From positions 1 to 12,354 of the forward strand of contig NW_021826656.1 of the NCBI RefSeq assembly GCF_006345805.1: a stretch of 12,354 nucleotides of DNA, written 5' to 3'. The number at the start of each line of letters is the position of its first letter. Positions within the stretch are counted from its first letter, which is position 1. The notes below the pieces were generated by a model that saw nothing but the letters and a program-made list of their open reading frames with translations, was not told the DNA's origin and made no database searches. Both the position numbers and the translations under genes were made by a program. Shown piece by piece: positions 1 through 8,972 of this stretch. The DNA is from Octopus sinensis. Taxonomy: Eukaryota.

Positions 1-178
1 TCATATTTCCTCGCGATCTTTAATAAAGCCCCACCGACCATCTTGGTTAGAGGTCTCGCATCCATAAGCGTATTTTGGCGTTGAGATCTCCCGCAAGAAT
101 GGCCATCTCATTATCCTCAAAGAACTTCCTGATCACTTCAGGGTAGTTTTGAGGTCCTTCGAGTACATTCCACGATTG
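1..178 (-). pseudogene. Partial insert copy 0: non-LTR retrotransposon APE endonuclease fragment, cut by the window edge
   Basis: Matches 2455-2632 apart from indels; ORF 47..235 contains EVIRKFFEDNEMAILAGDLNAK. Confidence 0.75.
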
Positions 179-1827
179 TTTATTACATAATCTCAAGTAC
201 CCCCATATCATATGCAAGAAACTGTTTAATTGCATAATATATTACGCAATTTATTACTCAATTTATTACATAATCTCAAGTACCCCCATATTCTTACATC
301 TACGGACCATCCAAAATTGCATAATATATACGCAATTTATTACTCAATTTATTACATAATCTCAAGTACCCCCATATCATATGCAAGAAACTGTTAAATT
401 GCATAATATATTACGCAATTTATTACTCATTTATTACATATCTCAAGTACCCCCATATCATATGCAAGAAACTTGTTAAATTGCATAATATATTACGCAA
501 TTATTACTCAATTTATTACATAATCTCAAGTACCCCAATATCATATGCAAGAAACTAGTCAAATTGCATAATATATTACGCAATTTATTACTCAATTTAT
601 TACATAATCTCAAGTACCCCCATATCATATGTAAGAAACTTGTTAAATTGCATAATATATTACGCAATTTATTACTCAATTTATTACAATAATCTCAAGT
701 ACCCCCATATTCTTACATCTACGGACCATCCAAAATTGCATATATATTACGCTATTTATACTCAATTATTACATAATCTCAAGTACCCCCATATCATAAG
801 TAAGAAACTTGTTAAATTGCATAATATATTACGCAATTTATTACTCAATTTATTACATAATCTCAAGTACCCCCATATCATATGTAAGAAACTTGTTAAA
901 TTGCATAATATATTACGCAATTTATTACTCAATTTATTACATAATCTCAAGTACCCCCATATTCTTACATCTACGGACCATCCAAAATTGCATAATATAT
1001 TACGCTATTTATTACTCAATTTATTACATAATCTCAAGTACCCCCATATCATAAGTAAGAAACTTGTTAAATTGCATAATATATTACGCAATTTATTGCT
1101 CATTTATTACATAATCTCAAGTACCCCCATATCATATGCAAGAAACTTGTTTTAAATTGCATAATATATTACGCAATTTATTACTCAATTTATTACATAT
1201 CTCAAGTACCCCATATCATAAGTAAGAAACTTGTTAAATTGCATAATATATTACGCAATTTATTACTCAATTTATTACATAATCTCAAGTACCCCCATAT
1301 CATATGCAAGAAACTTGTGTTAAATTGCATAATATATTACGCAATTTATTACTCAATTTATTACATAATCTCAAGTACCCCAATATCATATGCAAGAAAC
1401 TAGTCAAATTGCATAAATATTACGCAATTTATTACTCAATTTATTACATAATCTCAAGTACCCCCATATCATATGTAAGAAACTTGTTAAATTGCATAAT
1501 ATATTACGCAATTTATTACTCAATTTATTACATAATCTCAAGTACCCCCATATTCTTACATCTACGGACCATCCAAAATTGCATAATATATTACGCTATT
1601 TATTACTCAATTTATTACATAATCTCAAGTACCCCCATATCATAAGTAAGAAACTTGTTAAATTGCATAATATATTACGCAATTTATTGCTCAATTTATT
1701 ACATAATCTCAAGTACCCCCATATCCTTACATCTACGGACCATCCAAAATTGCATAATATATTACGCAATTTATTACTCAATTTATTACATAATCTCAAG
1801 TACCCCCATATCATATGCAAGAAACTT
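179..1827. repeat. Satellite array 1, ~20 monomers of 84/87 bp
   Basis: Tandem copies of AAATTGCATAATATATTACGCAATTTATTACTCAATTTATTACATAATCTCAAGTACCCCCATAT followed by CATATG(C/T)AAGAAACTTGTT (A) or (T/C)CTTACATCTACGGACCATCCA (B). Confidence 0.98.
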
Positions 1828-2405
1828 TTTTATTATAGAAATATTAATATTCTTATGGACATTTCCAGTTCATCTTCTAAAGAATAGTTGTAATTATTTT
1901 CTTCGATAATTTTATATTTTGTTGTATCGACATTATCAAATAAGGGAAGCCTTCTATTGTTGGTATTAGCATCGATGTCATGTTTAATAATGACAGAATC
2001 TCCGATATTTATATTTTCTTCATCGTGGCTCCATTTTCTTTTGTTTTTCATTTTCTCGCCTGCTTTTGTGATGTTTTTCAAAACAGATTCACAATTTTCA
2101 GATGAAATATTATCCGAGTTTGTTTGATAACAAATTTCCGCGTTTTTCTTCAGCTTCAAAAGCCATTAGACCTTCAAGTTGTTTTGTATTTGGCAGAAAA
2201 TCACTTCCATAATTCATAAAAATGCTGAATGGTCTATGCTTTGTAGTTGCATGGACCGTCTTATTATAATCATACGTAATTTTTTAAAAAATGTCCACAT
2301 ATCTTCCAAAATTTCCATTCGATGCACTAGTCGAACATATTCAGTTTTTAATGGATTGGTTAAATCTAAAAATTCATAAATTAGTAATTACCTCTCCACT
2401 TGACC
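1828..2405 (-). pseudogene. C-terminal half of a Gypsy/Ginger-like DDE integrase/transposase (insert copy 1), intron-containing and disabled
   Basis: After removing 2366-2391 the minus strand reads GQVERFNQSIKN*ICSTSASNGNFGRYVDIF*KITYDYNKTVHATTKHRPFSIFMNYG...NIGDSVIIKHDIDANTNNRR. This fits the integrase pattern GxVERxNxT(L/I)K...YNxxxHxxTxxxPF...GDxV. It has two in-frame stops and lacks the N-terminal D,D residues. Confidence 0.8.
2366..2391 (-). other. Putative 26-nt spliceosomal intron (phase 2) in the integrase fragment
   Basis: Sequence GTAATTACTAATTTATGAATTTTTAG has a GT donor, a CTAAT branch-point-like motif and a TTTTTAG acceptor. Excision joins AG+A to give the Arg of VER and restores the frame into FNQSIK. 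Confidence 0.72.
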
Positions 2406-2632
2406 TCCACTGAAGCAGAAATGATTAAGTTCCTCAGAAGTCCAGACATTAAGGTCATATTTCCTCGCGATCTTTAATAAAGCCCGACACCATCTTGGTA
2501 GAGGTCTCGCATCCATAAGCGGTATTTTGGCGTTGAGATCTCCCGCAAGAATGGCCATCTCATTATCCTCAAAGAACTTCCTGATCACTTCAGGGTAGTT
2601 TCTGAGGTCCTTCGAGTACATTCCACCGATTG
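2406..2632 (-). pseudogene. Non-LTR retrotransposon (LINE, possibly Jockey/I-like) APE endonuclease fragment (insert copy 1)
   Basis: Consensus across copies is TIGGMYSKDLRNYPEVIRKFFEDNEMAILAGDLNAKNTAYGCETSNQDGRALLKIARKYDLNV. GDLNA(K) followed by NxxGxxL is typical of LINE ORF2 endonucleases. The N-terminal motifs and the SDH motif are absent. Confidence 0.8.
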
Positions 2633-4197
2633 TTTATTACATAATCTCAAGTACCCCCATATCATATGCAAGAAACTTGTTAATTGCATAATATATTACG
2701 CAATTATTACTCAATTTATTACATAATCTCAAGTACCCCCATATTCTTACATCTACGGACCATCCAAAATTGCATAATATATTACGCAATTTATTACTCA
2801 ATTTATTACATAATCTCAAGTACCCCCATATCATATGCAAGAAACTTGTTAAATTGCATAATATATTACGCAATTTATTACTCATTTTATTACATAATCT
2901 CAAGTACCCCCATATCATATGCAAGAAACTTGTTAAATTGCATAATATATTACGCAATTTATTACTCAATTTATTACATAATCTCAAGTACCCCAATATC
3001 ATATGCAAGAAACTAGTCAAATTGCATAATATATTACGCAATTTATTACTCAATTTATTACATAATCTCAAGTACCCCCATATCATATGCAAGAAACTTG
3101 TAAATTGCATAATATATTACGCAATTTATTACTCAATTTATTACATAATCTCAAGTACCCCCATATCCTTACATCTACGGACCATTCAAAATTGCATAAT
3201 ATATTACGCAATTTATTACTCAATTTATTACAAATCTCAAGTACCTCAATCATATGTAGAAAAACTTGTTAAATGCATAATATATTACGCAATTATTACT
3301 CAATTTATTACATAATCTCAAGTACCCCCATATCCTTACATCTACGGACCATCCAAAATTGCATAATATATTACGCAATTTATTACTCAATTTATTACAA
3401 AATCTCAAGTACCCCCATATCATATGTAAGAAACTTGTTAAATTGCATAATATATTACGCAATTTATTACTCAATTTATTACATAATCTCAAGTACCCCA
3501 ATATCATATGCAGAAACTTGTTAAATTGCATAATATATTACGCAATTTATTACTCATTTTATTACATAATCTCAAGAACCTCCATATCATATGTAAGAAA
3601 CTTGTTAAATTGCATAATATATTACGTAATTTATTACTCAATTTATTACATAATCTCAAGTACCCCCATATTCTTACATCTACGGACCATCCAAAATTGC
3701 ATAATATATTACGCTATTTATTACTCAATTTATTACATAATCTCAAGTACCCCCATATCATAAGTAAGAAACTTGTTAAATTGCATAATATATTACGCAA
3801 TTTATTACTCAATTTATTACATAATCTCAAGTACCCCCATATCATATGTAAGAAACTTGTTAAATTGCATAATATATTACGCAATTTATTACTCAATTTA
3901 TTACATAATCTCAAGTACCCCCATATTCTTACATCTACGGACCATCCAAAATTGCATAATATATACGCTATTTATTACTCAATTTATTACATAATCTCAG
4001 TACCCCCATATCATAAGTAAGAAACTTGTTAAATTGCATAATATATTACGCAATTTATTGCTCCATTTATTACATAATCTCAAGTACCCCCATATCCTAC
4101 ATCTACGGACCATCCAAAATTGCCATAATATATTACGCAATTTATTACTCAATTTATTACATAATCTCAAGTACCCCCATATCATATGCAAGAAATT
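2633..4197. repeat. Satellite array 2, ~19 monomers
   Basis: Same 84/87-bp monomers as array 1. Confidence 0.98.
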
Positions 4198-4777
4198 TTT
4201 TATTATAGAAATATTAATATTCTTATGGACATTTCCAGTTCATCTTCTAAAGAATAGTTGTAATTATTTTCTTCGATAATTTTATATTTTGTTGTATCGA
4301 CATTATCAAATAAGGGAAGCCTTCTATTGTTGGTATTAGCATCGATGTCATGTTTAATAATGACAGAATCTCCGATATTTATATTTTCTTCATCGTGGCT
4401 CCATTTTCTTTTGTTTTTCATTTTCTCGCCTGCTTTTGTGATGTTTTTCAAAGCAGATTCACAATTTTCACATGAAATATTATCCGAGTTTGTTTGATAA
4501 CAAATTTCCGCGTTTTCATCTTCAGCTTCAAAAGCCATTAGACCTTCAAGTTGTTTTGTATTTGGCAGAAAATCACTTCCATAATTCATAAAAATGCTGA
4601 ATGGTCTATGCTTTGTAGTTGCATGGACCGTCTTATTATAATCATACGTAATTTTTTAAAAAATGTCCACATATCTTCCAAAATTTCCATTCGATGCACT
4701 AGTCGAACATATTCAGTTTTTAATGGATTGGTTAAATCTAAAAATTCATAAATTAGTAATTACCTCTCCACTTGACC
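4198..4777 (-). pseudogene. Integrase C-terminal fragment (insert copy 2, best preserved), intron at 4738-4763
   Basis: ORF 4203..4589 (MNYGSDFLPN...NIGDSVIIKHD...) is the continuation of YNKTVHATTKHRPFSIF. Same stops and intron as copy 1. Confidence 0.8.
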
Positions 4778-5000
4778 TCCACTGAAGCAGAAATGATTAA
4801 GTTCCTCAGAAGTCCAGACATTAAGGTCATATTTCCTCGCGATCTTTAATAAAGCCCGACCATCTTGGTTAGAGGTCTCGCATCCATAAGCGGTATTTTG
4901 GCGTTGAGATCTCGCAAGAATGGCCATCTCATTATCCTCAAAGAACTTCCTGATCACTCAGGGTAGTTTCTGAGGTCCTTCGAGTACATTCCACCGATTG
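4778..5000 (-). pseudogene. LINE APE endonuclease fragment (insert copy 2)
   Basis: Near-identical to 2406-2632; ORF 4760..4957 has local frameshifts. Confidence 0.78.
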
Positions 5001-8000
5001 TTTATTACATAATCTCAAGTACCCCCATATCATATGCAAGAAACTTGTTAATTGCATAATATATTACGCAATTTATTACTCAATTTATTACATAATCTCA
5101 AGTACCCCCATATTATTTACATCTACGGACCATCCAAATTGCATAATATATTACGCAATTTATTACTCAATTTATTACATAATCTCAAGTACCCCCATAT
5201 CATATGCAAGAAACTTGTTAAATTGCATAATATATTACGCAATTTATTACTCATTTTATTACATAATCTCAAGTACCCCCATATCATATGCAAGAAACTT
5301 GTTAAATTGCATAATATATTACGCAATTTATTACTCAATTTATTACATAATCTCAAGTACCCCAATATCATATGCAAGAAACTAGTCAAATTGCATAATA
5401 TATTACGCAATTTATTACTCAATTTATTACATAATCTCAAGTACCCCCATATCATATGCAAGAAACTTGTTAAATTGCATAATATATTACGCAATTTATT
5501 ACTCAATTTATTACATAATCTCAAGTACCCCCATATCCTTACATCTACGGACCATTCAAAATTGCATAATATATTACGCAATTTATTACTCAATTTATTA
5601 CAAAATCTCAAGTACCTCCATATCATATGTAAGAAACTTGTTAAATTGCATAATATATTACGCAATTTATTACTCAATTTATTACATAATCTCAAGTACC
5701 CCCATATCCTTACATCTACGGACCATCCAAAATTGCATAATATATTACGCAATTTATTACTCAATTTATTACAAAATCTCAAGTACCCCCATATCATATG
5801 TAAGAAACTTGTTAAATTGCATAATATATTACGCAATTTATTACTCAATTTATTACATAATCTCAAGTACCCCAATATCATATGCAAGAAACTTGTTAAA
5901 TTGCATAATATATTACGCAATTTATTACTCATTTTATTACATAATCTCAAGAACCTCCATATCATATGTAAGAAACTTGTTAAATTGCATAATATATTAC
6001 GTAATTTATTACTCAATTTATTACATAATCTCAAGTACCCCCATATCCTTACATCTACGGACCATCCAAAATTGCATAATATATTACGCAATTTATTACT
6101 CAATTTATTACAAAATCTCAAGTACCCCCATATCATATGTAAGAAACTTGTTAAATTGCATAATATATTACGCAATTTATTACTCAATTTATTACATAAT
6201 CTCAAGTACCCCCATATCATATGCAAGAAACTTGTTAAATTGCATAATATATTACGCAATTTATTACTCATTTTATTACATAATCTCAAGTACCCCCATA
6301 TCATATGCAAGAAACTTGTTAAATTGCATAATATATTACGCAATTTATTACTCATTTATTACATAATCTCAAGTACCCCCATATCATATGCAGAAACTTG
6401 TTAAATTGCATAATATATTACGCAATTTATTACTCATTTATTACATAATCTCAAGTACCCCCATATCATATGCAAGAAACTTGTTAAATTGCATAATATA
6501 TTACGCAATTTATTACTCAATTTCTTACATAATCTCAAGTACCCCAATATCATATGCAAGAAACTAGTCAAATTGCATAATATATTACGCAATTTATTAC
6601 TCAATTTACATAATCTCAAGTACCCCCCCCATATCATATGCAAGAATTGTTAAATTGCATAATATATTACGCAATTTATTACTCAATTTATTATTACATA
6701 ATCTCAAGTACCCCCATATTCTTACATCTACGGACCATCCAAAATTGCATAATATATTACGCAATTTATTACTCAATTTATTACAAAATCTCAAGTACCC
6801 CCATATCATATGTAGAAACTTGTTAAATTGGATAATATATTACGCAATTTATTGCTCAATTTATTACATAATCTCAAGTACCCCCATATCCTTACATCTA
6901 CGGACCATCCAAAATTGCCTATATATTACGCAATTTATTACTCAATTATTACATAATCTCAAGTACCCCCATATCATATGTAAGAAACTTGTTAAATTGC
7001 ATAATATATTACGCAATTTATTACTCAATTTATTACATAATCTCAAGTACCCCCCCATATTCTTACATCTACTTTACGACCATCCAAATTGCATAATATA
7101 TTACGCTATTTATTACTCAATTTATTACATAATCTCAAGTACCCCCATATCATAAGTAAGAACTTGTTAAATTGCATAATATATTACGCAATTTATTACT
7201 CAATTTATTACATAATCTCAAGTACCCCCATATCATATGTAAGAACTTGTTAAATTGCATAATATATTACGCAATTTATTACTCAATTTATTACATAATC
7301 TCAAGTACCCCCCATATCTTACATCTACGGACCATCCAAAATTGCATAATATATTACGCTATTTATTACTCAATTTATTACATAATCTCAAGTACCCCCA
7401 TATCATAAGTAAGAAACTTGTTAAATTGCATAATATATTACGCAATTTATTGCTCATTTTATTACATAATCTCAAGTACCCCCATATCATATGCAAGAAC
7501 TTGTTAAATTGCATAATATATTACGCAATTTATTACTCAATTTATTACATAATCTCAAGTACCCCAATATCATAGTAAGAAACTTGTTATTGCATAATAT
7601 ATTACGCAATTATTACTCAATTTATACATAATCTCAAGTACCCCCATATCATATGCAAGAAACTTGTTAAATTGCATAATATATTACGCAATTTATTACT
7701 CAATTTATTACATAATCTCAAGTACCCCAATATCATATGCAAGAAACTAGTCAAATTGCATAATATATTACGCAATTTATTACTCAATTTATTACATAAT
7801 CTCAAGTACCCCCATATCATATGTAAGAAACTTGTTAAATTGCATAATATATTACGCAATTTATTACTCAATTTATTACATAATCTCAAGTACCCCCATA
7901 TTCTTACATCTACGGACCATCCAAAATTGCATAATATATTACGCTATTTATTACTCAATTTATTACATAATCTCAAGTACCCCCATATCATAAGTAAGAA

Positions 8001-8174
8001 ACTTGTTAAATTGCATAATATATTACGCAATTTATTGCTCAATTTATTACATAATCTCAATACCCCCATATCCTTACATCTACGGACCATCCAAAATTGC
8101 ATAATATATTACGCAATTTATTACTCAATTTATTACATAATCTCAAGTACCCCCATATCATATGCAAGAAACTT
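5001..8174. repeat. Satellite array 3, ~38 monomers (longest)
   Basis: Same monomers; accounts for the periodic ORFs 5052..6404 (+), 5123..6355 (-) and 5467..6366 (+). Confidence 0.98.
5303..5330. repeat. 28-bp imperfect palindrome found in essentially every full monomer (one example given)
   Basis: TAAATTGCATAATATATTACGCAATTTA is self-complementary except for one A/C mismatch. Confidence 0.95.
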
Positions 8175-8745
8175 TTTATTATAGAAATATTAATATTCTT
8201 ATGGACATTTCCAGTTCATCTTCTAAAGAATAGTTGTAATTATTTTCTTCGATAATTTTATTTTTGTTGTATCGACATTATCAATAAGGGAAGCCTTCTA
8301 TTGTTGGTATTAGCATCGATGTCATGTTTAATAATGACAGAATCTCCGATATTTATATTTTCTTCATCGTGGCTCCATTTTCTTTTGTTTTCATTTTCTC
8401 GCCTGCTTTTGTGATGTTTTTCAAAGCAGATTCACAATTTCACATGAAATATTATCCGAGTTTGTTTGATAACAAATTTCCGCGTTTTCATCTCAGCTTC
8501 AAAAGCCATTAGACCTTCAAGTTGTTTTGTATTTGGCAGAAAATCACTTCCATAATTCATAAAATGCTGAATGGTCTATGCTTTAGTTGCATGGACCGTC
8601 TTATTATAATCATACGTAATTTTTTAAAAAATGTCCACATATCTTCCAAAATTTCCATTCGATGCACTAGTCGAACATATTCAGTTTTTAATGGATTGGT
8701 TAAATCTAAAAATTCATAAATTAGTAATTACCTCTCCACTTGACC
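8175..8745 (-). pseudogene. Integrase C-terminal fragment (insert copy 3), intron at 8706-8731
   Basis: Near-identical to copies 1 and 2 with several private small deletions. Confidence 0.78.
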
Positions 8746-8972
8746 TCCACTGAAGCAGAAATGATTAAGTTCCTCAGAAGTCCAGACATTAAGGTCATAT
8801 TTCCTCGCGATCTTTAATAAAGCCCGACCATCTTGGTTAGAGGTCTCGCATCCATAAGCGGTATTTTTGGCGTTGAGATCTCCCGCAAGAATGGCCATCT
8901 CATTATCCTCAAAGAACTTCCTGATCACTTCAGGGTAGTTTCTGAGGTCCTTCGAGTACATTCCACCGATTG
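8746..8972 (-). pseudogene. LINE APE endonuclease fragment (insert copy 3, best preserved)
   Basis: ORF 8728..8961 reads MYSKDLRNYPEVIRKFFEDNEMAILAGDLNAKNTAYGCETSNQDGRALLKIARKYDLNVWTSEELNHFCFSG-GQVER without interruption. Confidence 0.8.

Noticed and set aside
179-1827. CRISPR array (palindromic constant repeat with 19-22-bp variable segments)
   Set aside because: Only two recurring tail types rather than unique spacers, a 65-bp repeat that is too long, no cas gene or leader, and a eukaryotic transposon context.
2179-2379. Plus-strand 66-aa ORF MFCIWQK... (also 4551..4751 and 8522..8719) and 8833..9024
   Set aside because: These are antisense shadows of the minus-strand integrase and endonuclease fragments with no recognisable motif.
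1828-2632. Insert as an autonomous element or MITE that inserted independently several times
   Set aside because: No TIRs, LTRs, TSD, RT domain or complete catalytic triad. The same junctions and flanking variant order in every copy point to a single event followed by tandem amplification.
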